Positions 22,355-32,939 are shown, numbered from the whole stretch's first letter. The stretch: 63,984 nucleotides of DNA, filler included, from an uncultured bacterium (GCA_964637655.1; 9 parts of 9 records of this genome joined end to end with filler, not necessarily neighbours in it), one strand, 5' to 3'. Notes: a model not told the origin generated them from the sequence alone. Numbers and translations: made by a program.

Positions 22355-22993
22355 CGGCACTGCGCGCTATGCGTTGCTGGGCGGCGCATGGTATGGCGGC
22401 AGCGACCTGCCCGGCGGCACCACCAGCAGCGCCCGTCCGCAGCTGGGCGATGCCTACGGTCGGGTACGGGTGGCTGACCGGCAGGCGGATGACGGGACGC
22501 TGCTGCGCAGTGCACACTATCTCAAGGCGCCGATTGCGGTGGTACAGGGAGATGCCGGGGCGGTGCTCTGGGAACTGACGTTGGCCCATGCCCCGTCGCT
22601 GCCACTGGTCGGCCTGCATTGCCATGCCGGCCGCACGGAATTGCGCCAGCATCTGCTGTCGTACGTGCAGCAGGAAAAGACCTGTACCCACTTTGGCGAC
22701 TGGACAGAAACCATGGTGCCGGCTCCCCCGACTGCCGTCGCGGTGCAGGAGTGGTGTGGTGCCGACTGGCGCGTGCTGGTGCGCGACTATGCGCGCCGGC
22801 TGATGGCGCGTTGCCCTGTCACTGCTGACCGTACGGCATGGCGGCAGGCGGGCCTGCTGGCGCGCCGCTACCTGCAGCGGGCGGCACTTCCCCGCCCGGG
22901 CGTGCATGCCGAATTTATGCGGCGGCATGCGCCCGAACACATCGGTGGCAATTCGCTGTTGACCCTGACCGCGTATGAACTGGAGCGCGCGTT
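22335..22993 (+). CDS. Hypothetical protein (3' truncated)
   Basis: Open frame overlapping the upstream gene end; no recognised motif. Confidence 0.4.
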
Positions 22994-23093
22994 NNNNNNN
23001 NNNNNNNNNNNNNNNNNNNNNNNNNNNNNNNNNNNNNTTAATTAATTAANNNNNNNNNNNNNNNNNNNNNNNNNNNNNNNNNNNNNNNNNNNN

Positions 23094-23985
23094 CGTACGG
23101 CAGTTCGTTCCCTTCGCCGTCGTCGCCGGCAAACCCAACGCTGAAAGTGCGTAAGGGGCAGTTCGCCGCCTGCGCTGCGAGCGCCGCCACCGCGCTCGAA
23201 TCGATGCCCCCGCTGAGGAAAATGCCGACGGGCACATCCGCCACCATCTGCCGCTGTACCGCGCGCTGCAGTTGTGACGCCAGCCCGGCCGCGGTGTAAT
23301 GCGGCTTGACCGTGTAGTCGGGCGCCCACCAGCGCGAGACAGTCACTGTTCCATCTTGCCAGCGCAGGCGATGCCCGGCCGGGAGGCGCTGCACCCCGCG
23401 CAGCGCACTCGCCTCACCCGCGATATACTGCGCGTGGAAGAAATCTGCAAGCGGCGACAGGTTGAGTTCGCGCGGCACCGCGTCCGCAGCGAGCAACGCC
23501 TTGATTTCCGAGGCGAACCAGAGACGCTCCGGGGTGGCCGCATAGTAGAGCGGCTTGATCCCGGCATGGTCGCGCGCCAGGAAAAGAATATGCTGCCGCG
23601 CATCCCAGATGGCGAAGGCGAACATGCCGTTGAGGTGCAGCACACAGTCCTCGCCATGCTCCTCGTAGAGATGGACGAGCGCCTCGGTATCGCAGCGGGT
23701 GCGGAACACATGCCCGCGCTTTTCCAGTTTCTCGCGCAGTTCGGGGTAGTTGTAGAGTTCGCCGTTGTAGACGGTGATGATGCTCCCGTCCTCATTGGTG
23801 ACGGGCTGTTTGCCGCCCGGCAGGTCAATGACCGCGAGGCGACGCATGCCAAGCGCCACACGGTCGTCAAAAAAGAAGCCCTCATCGTCGGGTCCGCGAT
23901 GGATGATGCTGTCGGTCATGGCGCGGAGCAGGCGTTCGCGCGCGGCGCGTTCACCCGCGCCCGTGAACCCGGCAATCCCGCACAT
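23094..23985 (-). CDS. asnB: Asparagine synthase (glutamine-hydrolysing), N-terminal part
   Basis: MCGIAG, HRGPDDEG, NGELYNY, DTE, ARDHAGIKPLYY, FLSGGIDSS. Confidence 0.93.
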
Positions 23986-24278
23986 CAGGCGGTCTTGAGC
24001 TGCGGGATGCGCCGGAGTTGCGGCGCGATACTGCGTGTCCGTTCCTCAAGTTCGAACGCATTCTGCAGTCCGAGCCAGAACTGTGGTGTGGTGCCGAAAT
24101 AGCGGGCGAGGCGGAGGGCAGTGTCAGCGGTAATACCGCGCCGGCGGCGGATGATCTCCGATACCCGGGTCTGCGGAATACCGGTATCCTTGGCCAGACG
24201 ATAGGCGCTGAGCGCCAGCGGACGCAGGAATTCCTCCTGCAGCACTTCACCGGGATGTACATTATCCAGACGCTTCAT
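23985..24278 (-). CDS. higA: HigA family addiction-module antitoxin (HTH)
   Basis: HPGEVLQEEFL..SAYRLAK..ITADTALRLARYFGTTPQFWLGLQ; RBS GGAGGT. Confidence 0.92.
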   Translation of the reverse strand: MKRLDNVHPGEVLQEEFLRPLALSAYRLAKDTGIPQTRVSEIIRRRRGITADTALRLARYFGTTPQFWLGLQNAFELEERTRSIAPQLRRIPQLKTA

Positions 24279-24430
24279 CACCGTCACCTCCGGTCCGATT
24301 CTTGAAAAACTCTACACGAACTGCTCCGACGAATTAAATATTCATCCCCACCCCGATTGCAAAATCCGCGGGCTGGCTACTACGGACACCGCAATGCAGC
24401 GGGCGAGGGGAATTACGGCGGGGAGCCCAC

Positions 24431-24476
24431 CCCCTCACCCGACGCTTCGCGTCGCCCTCTCCCTCAGGGAGAGGGG
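24431..24476. repeat. CIR/REP-like double-hairpin element
   Basis: CCCCTCACC, then CGACGC-TTC-GCGTCG and CCCTCTCCC-TCA-GGGAGAGGG. Confidence 0.65.
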
Positions 24477-24550
24477 ACATACTTGCGGAACATTTACAAC
24501 GGGCAACGACGCGAATCATGGCAGGACCGTATCGTATTCCGTTAGTATTG

Positions 24551-25393
24551 TCAAGCGTTAGTGCTTGTGGTATGCGCCAGCACGGTCAGCTCGCGGCGCA
24601 GGCCGCGGCGTCGGGCGCCCCACGCGGTGAGCGCGCGCGCGGCCCGCTCGCACCACGTGCCGTGCGGGGCGTCGGGAATGCCGTCGTCCCACACGGCATC
24701 GACCGCAAAACCGCATTCCGCGAGCAGGCGGCGCAGGTCGGGCTCGGTGAAGTGCACGAGGTGCTGGTTGAGGTCGAGCGGGTAGAGCCAGCGGTGGTAT
24801 TCCAGCGCGAAGGCGGGGGGCGCCGCGGCGAGGAACGAGGCGAAATCAGGGACGCGGATAAGCAGCCGTCCGCTCGGGCGCAGCCAGCCATGGATGCGCT
24901 GCAGCGCCGCCCGCGGCTGTTCGAGATGTTCCAGCACATCCCAGAGGGTGACTGCCGCCAGTGAACCGTCAGCAACCACTGCGGTGTGCACATCGCCTTC
25001 CGTCACCGGCAATCCGCGATGCTGCGCGAGCAGCACCGCCCCGCGCAACGTCTCGAGACCGCGCGCCTGCCACCCCGCGTCGCGCGCCGCCCGCACAAAG
25101 AGCCCGAGATAGGCCCCGACATCGAGCAGTTCCCCGTCGGGCGTTCCGAGTTTCGCCAGCGCCTGCCGGTAGCGCCGCTCCAGCACCGGCCCGAGCACCT
25201 GCTCGTAATGCGCCGCGTAGTCGAGGTCGTAGGCATCCGCATAGAAGGCCCGCTGCGCCGCGGGCGACAGCCGCGGCGCGGTGTAGTGCACGCCGCAGCC
25301 GGTGCAGCGCACCGCGGCCAGCGGCGGCACGCTCGCCACCAGCGTGCGTTCGCCGCTCCCGCAAAGCGGACAGGGGAGCGTGACGGTTTCCAT
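24551..25393 (-). CDS. Class I SAM-dependent methyltransferase with N-terminal Zn ribbon
   Basis: CPLCG..RCTGCG, LLDVGAYLG, WDVLEHL, LRPSGRLLIRVP. Confidence 0.85.
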   Translation of the reverse strand: METVTLPCPLCGSGERTLVASVPPLAAVRCTGCGVHYTAPRLSPAAQRAFYADAYDLDYAAHYEQVLGPVLERRYRQALAKLGTPDGELLDVGAYLGLFVRAARDAGWQARGLETLRGAVLLAQHRGLPVTEGDVHTAVVADGSLAAVTLWDVLEHLEQPRAALQRIHGWLRPSGRLLIRVPDFASFLAAAPPAFALEYHRWLYPLDLNQHLVHFTEPDLRRLLAECGFAVDAVWDDGIPDAPHGTWCERAARALTAWGARRRGLRRELTVLAHTTSTNA

Positions 25394-26856
25394 CAGAGGA
25401 TGGGCGCAAACAGCGCGCAAAAGTTGTTCTTGAAGCGGTGCACGACGCCCCACTGGGCAAGCGTGGCCGCCGTCACCAGTTGCGACTGGTCCATCTCCTG
25501 CTGCAGTTCGCGCCGCAGCCGCGCGCAAAAAGCATCTTCCACCACCTCGAGATTGGTCTCGTAGTTGAGATGCAGCGAACGCGCATCGAGATTGGCGGAG
25601 CCGACCAGCGCCCACGAGCGGTCGATGAGCATCGCCTTGCTGTGAATGAACGGGAACTTGCGACGATAGACCTTCACCCCGGCCGCGACCAGTTCGGGGA
25701 AGAGCGAATGCGCGGCGCGCGAAACAAAGCGGTGGTCGCTGCGCCGCGGCAGGATGAGGTGCACTGCCACGCCCGCCAGCGCCGCGGTCTTGAACGCCTC
25801 GAGGATGGCGGAGTCCGGGTAGAAGTAGGGGGTGACCGCGATGATCTCCTTCTCCGCCGCGCTGATGGCGGCGAAGCAGGTGCGCGAAAAAACCCGGTCG
25901 CCCGCCCCCGGGCCGGCGGAAATCACGCGCATCAGCGCGTTGCCGCAGGAGACCGCCGCGGGGAAGTAGCGGTCGGCAATCAGCGTTTCGTCGGTCATCA
26001 TGTACCAGTCCTCGGCAAACACCTCCTGCAACTGCGCCACCACCGGCCCGGTGCAGCGGAAATGGTAGTCATGCACCGGGGCGACCTTCTGTTTCGCCCC
26101 GCGCGGCTGGCGGCAGTACTTCGGCGAATTCTCCGCGTGCAGATTGAGCCCCCCGGCATACCCGATGCGCCCGTCGATGACCCACACCTTGCGGTGATTG
26201 CGCAGGTTGATTTGCGTGCGCCGCTTGAGCGGGTTGATATGCCCGTAGGCCTCGGCCCGCACACCGCTCGCATTGAGCCCGTCGACAAAACGGTCGCTCA
26301 GGCCGATGCTGCCGATGGCGTCGTAGAGGACGCGCACCTCGACCCCGCGCCGCGCGGCCTCGCCAAGCGCCTGCGCCAGTTCCCGCCCGAACGCGTCGGC
26401 GGCGAGGATGTAGGTCTCGAGGTGGATGCTCGAGTTCGCCGCCGCGATATCGTCCAGCAGACGGCGATAGGTCTCGCCCCCGCCGACGTGCATCTCAATG
26501 GTGTTCCCCGTGACGGGCGGGCGCTGGTTGAGCCGCAGCAGCAGGGCATGGCACTTGACTATGCTGCGATAGCGCGCGTCGGCCGCGAATTCCCGCTGCC
26601 AGCGCTGAATATCGTCGCACGATTCCCAGCGGTTGCGCTCGGCCAGGCGCTTCCCCAGCCGCCGCTGCATGCGCTTATTGACGCTGATGATGCCGAAGAC
26701 CGCGTAGCAGAGCGCTCCGATAAACGGCATGCTGATGAGCAGGAATATCCAGAACGCCTTGGCGATGGGTTCCTTGTGCCCGATGATGACATGCGCCCCT
26801 ACGCTGATGACGATGAGGGCGTCAGCAATGGCGATGATGAGCGCGAGTTGTTCCAT
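25393..26856 (-). CDS. cls: Cardiolipin synthase (PLD family)
   Basis: Two N-terminal TMs; two HKD motifs NHRKVWVIDG and HSKAMLID; TPYF; GSANLDARS. Confidence 0.92.
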   Translation of the reverse strand: MEQLALIIAIADALIVISVGAHVIIGHKEPIAKAFWIFLLISMPFIGALCYAVFGIISVNKRMQRRLGKRLAERNRWESCDDIQRWQREFAADARYRSIVKCHALLLRLNQRPPVTGNTIEMHVGGGETYRRLLDDIAAANSSIHLETYILAADAFGRELAQALGEAARRGVEVRVLYDAIGSIGLSDRFVDGLNASGVRAEAYGHINPLKRRTQINLRNHRKVWVIDGRIGYAGGLNLHAENSPKYCRQPRGAKQKVAPVHDYHFRCTGPVVAQLQEVFAEDWYMMTDETLIADRYFPAAVSCGNALMRVISAGPGAGDRVFSRTCFAAISAAEKEIIAVTPYFYPDSAILEAFKTAALAGVAVHLILPRRSDHRFVSRAAHSLFPELVAAGVKVYRRKFPFIHSKAMLIDRSWALVGSANLDARSLHLNYETNLEVVEDAFCARLRRELQQEMDQSQLVTAATLAQWGVVHRFKNNFCALFAPIL

Positions 26857-27746
26857 CACTTTACCCCGGCCGCCAGGCGCGTGTCGAGCCAGGCGTCGAA
26901 CTGCGCGCGGTCAGGGCGGCTGACCCGCAGCGCGTAGAGGTCGTCCGCGATGCGGAAGGGGTTCTCCCGCGTTCCGCCGCGGCGGGCGCGCGCGCTGAGC
27001 AGTTGTTCGCTCCCCACCGGGTCGTAGCGTTTCGCCGCCGGCTGTGCCTGCGCGAGAAAGTCGAGCGTCACCCCGAGTGTCACATTCTGCAGCAGCACGA
27101 GATACTTCTCGTCAAACCCGGGATGGCGCTTCGCCACGCCGGTCGCCACCGTGCGCCAGGCGCGCAGCGCCCCGACATGAATGGTCGTCGCATGCAGGCG
27201 CAGGCGCGCCGCATGGGTGAGCGGCCCCTTCCCCCAGACCGTGCGCAGCAGGCGATCACAGGCGGCGTCGCGCCGGCGGATGACCGTGCGCGCGGCGCGC
27301 GTCAGGCGATGGTCCAGGTGCTGCTCGCTCCCCGCCTCCCAGATAAAATGCCCGACGTGGCGCGGCAGCGCATAGGTGAAGAGTTGCGTCGGCACGAAGA
27401 AGTTGTGCGCGGTCACGTCCGCCGCGAGATGCGCGAGGTAGCCCCAGGCAAAGGCACGCTCCGCGTCCGACTGCGCGTGCGCCAGCAGGCGTTCGCCCGT
27501 CGCCCAGTTGTGGCAGTGCTGCGGCTTGGGGTGCGACCCCTTGCCGACGTAGATGTCGGCGCTGAGCGTCCCGTAGAGAAAGTCGACGAGGTAGTCAGAG
27601 ACGAGTGCCGCCACTGCGGGGAGCAGCAGGTTGAGGTTATACGCGGCAAAGTAGCCGGTGAACAGGTGGGTGGCCGGTCCCCACGCGTGCGCCGGCAGCG
27701 CGGAGAGCGCCAGCGCGCCGGTCAGCAACAGCGTGCGACGTTTCAC
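26856..27746 (-). CDS. Zinc-dependent phospholipase C family protein
   Basis: Signal peptide, then WGPATH; GYLAHLAADVTAHN. Confidence 0.8.
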   Translation of the reverse strand: MKRRTLLLTGALALSALPAHAWGPATHLFTGYFAAYNLNLLLPAVAALVSDYLVDFLYGTLSADIYVGKGSHPKPQHCHNWATGERLLAHAQSDAERAFAWGYLAHLAADVTAHNFFVPTQLFTYALPRHVGHFIWEAGSEQHLDHRLTRAARTVIRRRDAACDRLLRTVWGKGPLTHAARLRLHATTIHVGALRAWRTVATGVAKRHPGFDEKYLVLLQNVTLGVTLDFLAQAQPAAKRYDPVGSEQLLSARARRGGTRENPFRIADDLYALRVSRPDRAQFDAWLDTRLAAGVK

Positions 27747-28357
27747 AGGCCCGGCATCCCGCTGAGGATGATGATTTTCGCTTCCGCCCGCTGGTCATTG
27801 GGCCGTATGGCCTGCGCCGCCTTGTAGGCCGCCAGCGCCTCGCGTTTCCGCCCCTGCTGCAGCAGCGTTTCGCCGAGCAGGAACTGCCCGAGGAAACTGT
27901 CGTCCTTTTCCGCCAGCACCGCGCGGCAGAGCGTTTCCGCCTCGCGTCCCTTCTCCTGCAGGATGAGCGACTGCGCTTCCTCGAGGCGCGGATCAAGATG
28001 CGACCGGAACGCGGCATCGAAGGCGAAGGCAAGCAGCCACGAGAAGGCCACCAGGGCGAGGAAGAGCACGGGACGCGGAACCGTGAGGATGCGCGCGATG
28101 GCGCCGGCGCGTGTCTCTGCTGCGGGCGCCGAGGCAGGCGTGAGCACGGGTGCGACCGGCACCGGCGCGTGTTGCTTCTCCTCCGCCAGCGCCGACAGTG
28201 GCAGCCACTCTTCCGTCCCCTCGCGGCAGACCTGCGTCACCGCGCCGAGTTCCGGTCGCGTGCGCAGCGCGTCCGCCGTCCACGGCCCGCGCACTTCGCC
28301 GTCGATGAGCGCATACCAGCGCTGCGCTGAGTTCAATGGAACGTGCCGGTCGGCCAT
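27743..28357 (-). CDS. GYF_2 (DUF4339) + TM + TPR protein
   Basis: WY..DGEVRGP..TQVCREGTEEWLPL; central TM; TPR C-terminus. Confidence 0.7.
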   Translation of the reverse strand: MADRHVPLNSAQRWYALIDGEVRGPWTADALRTRPELGAVTQVCREGTEEWLPLSALAEEKQHAPVPVAPVLTPASAPAAETRAGAIARILTVPRPVLFLALVAFSWLLAFAFDAAFRSHLDPRLEEAQSLILQEKGREAETLCRAVLAEKDDSFLGQFLLGETLLQQGRKREALAAYKAAQAIRPNDQRAEAKIIILSGMPGL

Positions 28358-28755
28358 CAGCGCAGGCAGGTAAAACCCTGTTCCCGGAAATGACGGTCGA
28401 AGGCGAACACCTCAGTGATACCGCGTTCGCGCATCACCACAAAACTGCTCTGGTCAACCAGACTGCAACGCCGGCGGCGATCCGTCTGCAGTGCGGCAAG
28501 TGCCGCATAATGGCAGTTTTCATCCACCCAGACAACCGCCAGCACAGGTTCGATGCTCTCCTGAAACAACCGCACGGCCTCGATGCCAAGACGTCGCTGC
28601 ACCAGGGATATTGTTTCCAGCAGGACGTAATTGGTCGTGATGAGTTTCCGGTCGCTTGCCAGCAGTTTCCGCCAGCATTCTACCGCAACGCGATGGTGTT
28701 CTTCATCATCGCCCAACAATGACAGAAATGCCGACGTGTCGATGAAGACCATCAA
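28357..28755 (-). CDS. vapC: VapC PIN-domain toxin
   Basis: VFIDTSAFL, TTNYVLLET, SLVDQSSFVVM, FAFDRHF. Confidence 0.92.
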   Translation of the reverse strand: MMVFIDTSAFLSLLGDDEEHHRVAVECWRKLLASDRKLITTNYVLLETISLVQRRLGIEAVRLFQESIEPVLAVVWVDENCHYAALAALQTDRRRRCSLVDQSSFVVMRERGITEVFAFDRHFREQGFTCLR

Positions 28756-29000
28756 TGTCCGCTGCCGGCGATGAACTCATCATCATGACTTGCAGCCCAC
28801 CGGCGTTTTCCTGAGGAGAAACGTCCCACTGCCTGCATCGCCCGCCGGCGAATTTCTGCCGGATCACGCGTAGTGCGACTGCGCAGCATCAGGGAGATGC
28901 CGCGCCGGATAAGTTCCGCCACCGAAACGTCCTGCGCTTTGGCCAGACCGCGAAGTTCGCGCATCATCGCCGGTGGCACCTGTATTTGCGTACGGTGCAT
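28752..29000 (-). CDS. vapB: Ribbon-helix-helix (CopG-like) antitoxin
   Basis: MHRTQIQV..VSVAELIRRGI..GRFSSG..HD; overlaps vapC; RBS GGAGG. Confidence 0.85.
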   Translation of the reverse strand: MHRTQIQVPPAMMRELRGLAKAQDVSVAELIRRGISLMLRSRTTRDPAEIRRRAMQAVGRFSSGKRRWAASHDDEFIAGSGH

Positions 29001-29010
29001 GGTCCCCTCC

Positions 29011-29059
29011 TGTAATCACTTCTGCCCTATATGATAACAACGAAGTACGAACATGTCAA
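29011..29059 (-). promoter_or_regulatory. vapBC promoter TTGACA-N17-TATCAT with candidate operator TGTAATCA-N13-TGATAACA
   Basis: Near-consensus promoter; imperfect inverted repeat overlaps the -10. Confidence 0.6.
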
Positions 29060-29117
29060 TCGTGACGCAGCATTTCGCGGGTTGGGCACTGCCGGTACTT
29101 TATGCTACGATACGGGC

Positions 29118-30509
29118 ATGGCTGATTATAGTGGGCTGGCGGAACGGCTTGAGCGGCTACTGGGAGCGGGCGCGGTCATTATGGACGCGGACAAGCGCAC
29201 GCCCTATGCCGCCGATGAGGGTCCGACACCACCGGCACTTCCCGACCTCGTGGTGCTCCCCGCCGATGAAGCGCAGGCGGCGGCAGCGGTACGCCTCTGC
29301 GCGGAAGCGGGCGTCCCCATCGTCCCGCGCGGCGCGGGTACCGGCCTGTGTGGTGGCTGCGTCGCTGCGCAGGGCGGTGTGGTCATCTCGCTGGAACGGA
29401 TGCAGGCCATCACCGACAGCGACGCGCGCAATTTCTGCGTTGTCACGCAGCCCGGGGTGGTGCTGCAGCGCCTGCACGAGTCAGTCGAAGCGCAGGACCT
29501 CTTCTATCCGCCCGACCCGAACTCGCTGGAAAACTGCTCGGTGGGCGGCACCGTCGCCACCGCCGCGGGGGGGCCGCGCTGTGTCAAGTACGGCATCACG
29601 CGGAACTACCTGCAGGGGGTGCGCGCGGTACTTCCGGACGGCAGCGTCATCGCGTTCGGGGGCAGATTCGACAAGATCAGCACGGGGTACAACCTCGCGC
29701 ACCTGCTCTGCGGCAGCGAGGGCACGCTCGGCCTTATCACCGAGGTGACACTGCGCCTCATCCCGAAGCCGAAACAGACGGTCGACCTGCTCGTCCCGTT
29801 CGCCGATTTCGCCCGCGCCGCGGCGATGGTCCCCGACCTGCTGACCGCGGGGTTCCGCCCCGCGCTCATCGAGTATATCGACGGCGAGGCCGTGCGCTAC
29901 GGGGAACAGTTCCTCGGGAAAAAGCAGGCGTTCAGCGACACCGCCGAGGCGCAGTTCATCATCCAACTGGACGGCGACGACAGTGACGCGCTCATGCGCG
30001 ATACCGAGCGGCTCGGTGAATTTGTGCTCGAACATGGCGCACTCGAGGTCTTCATGGCCGAAGAGCGGGCGGACAAAGAACGCATGTGGGAACTGCGCCG
30101 CAACCTGACCGACGCCATCAAGCAGGCGGGGGGCGGGGCATTCAGCGAGGATGTGGTCGTGCCGCGCGCGCGCATCCCGGAACTGCTGCTGCGCATCCGG
30201 GCGCTCAAGCAGGAATTCCCCGTCAACATCGCCAGTTTCGGGCATATCGGCGACGGCAACGTGCATGTGTATTGTGTGCGCAACGGGCTGGACGAACGGC
30301 AGTGGAGCGCGCTGAAGGCCCCCTACCTCGAGCGCCTCTTTTCCCTGACGAAGGAACTGGGGGGGACCATCTCGGGCGAGCACGGCATCGGCCTGACCAA
30401 GCGTCCCTTCCTGCGCCATGCCCTCGGCGAAACCGAAATCGAACTGATGCGCTCCCTCAAGCGCGCGGTCGACCCGCGCGGCCTGTTCAACCCCGGCAAG
30501 ATATGTTAG
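29118..30509 (+). CDS. FAD-linked oxidase, GlcD/D-lactate dehydrogenase-like
   Basis: PRGAGTGLCGG, YPPDPNS, GSEGTLG, GHIGDGNVH, SGEHGIG, DPRGLFNPGK. Confidence 0.9.
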   Translation: MADYSGLAERLERLLGAGAVIMDADKRTPYAADEGPTPPALPDLVVLPADEAQAAAAVRLCAEAGVPIVPRGAGTGLCGGCVAAQGGVVISLERMQAITDSDARNFCVVTQPGVVLQRLHESVEAQDLFYPPDPNSLENCSVGGTVATAAGGPRCVKYGITRNYLQGVRAVLPDGSVIAFGGRFDKISTGYNLAHLLCGSEGTLGLITEVTLRLIPKPKQTVDLLVPFADFARAAAMVPDLLTAGFRPALIEYIDGEAVRYGEQFLGKKQAFSDTAEAQFIIQLDGDDSDALMRDTERLGEFVLEHGALEVFMAEERADKERMWELRRNLTDAIKQAGGGAFSEDVVVPRARIPELLLRIRALKQEFPVNIASFGHIGDGNVHVYCVRNGLDERQWSALKAPYLERLFSLTKELGGTISGEHGIGLTKRPFLRHALGETEIELMRSLKRAVDPRGLFNPGKIC

Positions 30510-30661
30510 GAGAGTTGCGCGCGCGGCAAACTGACGGTGGTCTGGGTGCCGGCGGCATCNNNNNNNNNNNNNNNNNNNNNNNNNNNNNNNNNNNNNNNNN
30601 NNNTTAATTAATTAANNNNNNNNNNNNNNNNNNNNNNNNNNNNNNNNNNNNNNNNNNNNCC

Positions 30662-31096
30662 GTCCAGGTCACGAGCGAGGGGTATGTGACCGACAGTCAC
30701 GGCAACCTGCTGCAGGCGGAACTGGCGGCCGGCGGCACGGGCCCGCTGCACCTGACCTCGACCACCGTCAGCGTCGGCAGCGACGGCACGGTGGCGCAGG
30801 GTGATCCGACGCAGGGGGCGCAGCAGGTGCTCGGGCGGCTCATCGTGCAGGAGTTCGATCCGCCGCGCGCGCTGCGCAAGACGGGCGACAACCTGTACGA
30901 AGCGCCGGCGGGCGTCAACGGGCAGCGTGCCACGGCCGGGGTCAAGCAGGGGTACGTCGAGCAGTCGAATGTGAACGCGATCCAGGAAATGGTGCGGCTG
31001 ATCGAGGCGCACCGCCTGTTCGGCATAGAGGAAAAGATCATCACCACGCATGACGGGCTGCTCAACAAGGCCGTCAACGAAATCCCGCGCAGTTAG
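30662..31096 (+). CDS. flgF: Flagellar basal-body rod protein FlgF, C-terminal part
   Basis: LRKTGDNLY, VKQGYVEQSNVNAIQEMVRLIE; directly upstream of flgG. Confidence 0.8.
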   Translation, partial: VQVTSEGYVTDSHGNLLQAELAAGGTGPLHLTSTTVSVGSDGTVAQGDPTQGAQQVLGRLIVQEFDPPRALRKTGDNLYEAPAGVNGQRATAGVKQGYVEQSNVNAIQEMVRLIEAHRLFGIEEKIITTHDGLLNKAVNEIPRS

Positions 31097-31118
31097 CGGC
31101 TGACAGGAGAAGAACATC

Positions 31119-31907
31119 ATGATGCGAAGCTTATGGTCGGCAGCGACCGGAATGATGGGGCAGCAGTTCAACGTCGACGTTATCAGCAACAACCTCGCCA
31201 ACGTCAACACGACGGGGTTCAAGCGGGCGCGGGCGGATTTCGACGACCTGATGTACCAGAAACTGCAGGTGCCGGGAACCACCTCGGCGAGCGGCGCGCA
31301 GAACCCGACGGGGACGGAAGTCGGGCTCGGCACGCGCGTGGCGGCGACCTCGCGCATGAACATGCAGGGCTCGCTCAAGCACACGGAAAACCCGCTGGAC
31401 CTGGCGATCGAAGGGGACGGGTTCTTCCGCATCCAGCTGCCGGACGGCACGACGGGCTACACCCGGGACGGGTCGTTCAAACTCGACGGGCAGGGACAGA
31501 TCGTCACCTCTGACGGCAACCTGCTGGCGGACGCCATCAGCATTCCGGCCGAGGCGACCAACATCTCGGTCGCGGCGGACGGCACGGTATCGGTGCTGGT
31601 CAGCGGTGAGAGCACGCCGCAGGAAGTCGGGCAGATCCAGCTGGCGAAGTTCGTCAATCCCGCGGGCCTGTCATCCATCGGCGGCAACATCCTTGTCGAG
31701 ACGCCGGCGTCGGGGAACGCCACGGAATCCGCCCCCGGCGAATCGGGGAACGGGCATATCCGCCAGGGCTACCTGGAAATGTCGAACGTGCAGGTGGTCG
31801 AGGCGATGGTTGACCTGATCACCGCGCAGCGCGCCTACGAGATCAACTCGAAGTCGATCCAGACCTCCGACTCGATGCTCGGCGTGGTCGCGAACCTGAA
31901 GCGCTAA
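31119..31907 (+). CDS. flgG: Flagellar basal-body rod protein FlgG
   Basis: [49 protein letters not shown]. Confidence 0.96.
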   Translation: MMRSLWSAATGMMGQQFNVDVISNNLANVNTTGFKRARADFDDLMYQKLQVPGTTSASGAQNPTGTEVGLGTRVAATSRMNMQGSLKHTENPLDLAIEGDGFFRIQLPDGTTGYTRDGSFKLDGQGQIVTSDGNLLADAISIPAEATNISVAADGTVSVLVSGESTPQEVGQIQLAKFVNPAGLSSIGGNILVETPASGNATESAPGESGNGHIRQGYLEMSNVQVVEAMVDLITAQRAYEINSKSIQTSDSMLGVVANLKR

Positions 31908-32866
31908 TGACGCACGTTGAACGCGGCGGCGGGATGATTCCTGCCGTCGCGCTCTGTTGCGCGCTGCTGCTGGCCGCACTGCCGGCGGCGGCGGCGGACA
32001 TCACCATTGCCCTGCGCGCGCGCGCGGCAGTGGCGGGTCCGTATGTGTGGCTCGACGAGGTGGCGGACATCGCCGGCTATGCTGGTGAACGCCTCTGCCT
32101 CGACCGCGCGCCGCTGCCGGGCAGCGACAAGACGCTGGTCGCGACCCGCGTGGCGGCGACGGTAAAACGCCTGCTGCCGCGCGGCACGGAAATCAGCATC
32201 AGCGGCGAAGCGGTGAACGTGACGCGGGCGACGCAGACGCTGCGCAGCGCCGATCTCGTCGCGGCGGCGGCGGCGGCACTGCGCGAGCGCTATGCCGGCT
32301 GCAGCCGCCTCGACCTCGAGCCGCTCGGCCTGACACCTGATGACCTCCTGCTCACCACGGACACGTTCACCGTAGCTGCTGAACCGTCCGGGCTTCCCTA
32401 CACCGGGCGCGACAGCGTGCGGGTGACTGTCAGCCAGCAGGGGCGCGCGATGCGCAGCGTGAATATTGCCTTCCGCACGGTACCCTATGCCACCGTCGCC
32501 GTGACTGATGCCGCCATCGCGCGCGGTGCACTGCTGGCTGCTGACGCGGTGCGCTGCGAAGAACGCGCGCTGACCGGGCTGCGCGGTACTCCCGTCACTG
32601 ACGCTGCTGGACTTGCCGGGCAGCGCAGCACGCGCCTGCTGGCGGCCGGCGACATCATCGTGCACGAGGCGTGCGAACCCGTCCCCGTCATCTGCCGCGG
32701 CGACGCGGTGCGCGTCACTGTCCTGCGCGGCGGCGTGGTGCTCACCACGTCCGGCATCGCCCGGCAGGACGGCTGTGCCGGCGAGACCATCCGCGTCAAC
32801 AACGCCGACAGCGGGCGCCTGCTGCGCGCCGAGGTCGCCGGCCCCGGCGCCGTCATCATCCGCTGA
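31907..32866 (+). CDS. flgA: Flagellar P-ring formation chaperone FlgA
   Basis: Signal peptide, SAF-like region, ICRGDAVRV..GIARQDG..GETIRVNNADSGR. Confidence 0.85.
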   Translation: MTHVERGGGMIPAVALCCALLLAALPAAAADITIALRARAAVAGPYVWLDEVADIAGYAGERLCLDRAPLPGSDKTLVATRVAATVKRLLPRGTEISISGEAVNVTRATQTLRSADLVAAAAAALRERYAGCSRLDLEPLGLTPDDLLLTTDTFTVAAEPSGLPYTGRDSVRVTVSQQGRAMRSVNIAFRTVPYATVAVTDAAIARGALLAADAVRCEERALTGLRGTPVTDAAGLAGQRSTRLLAAGDIIVHEACEPVPVICRGDAVRVTVLRGGVVLTTSGIARQDGCAGETIRVNNADSGRLLRAEVAGPGAVIIR

Positions 32867-32939
32867 CGGTATCCCTGCATCCCCGAAGTACCTATGCTAC
32901 ACTGACGCGTCCGGTGTGCCGGCAGAGGAGCGCATCACG

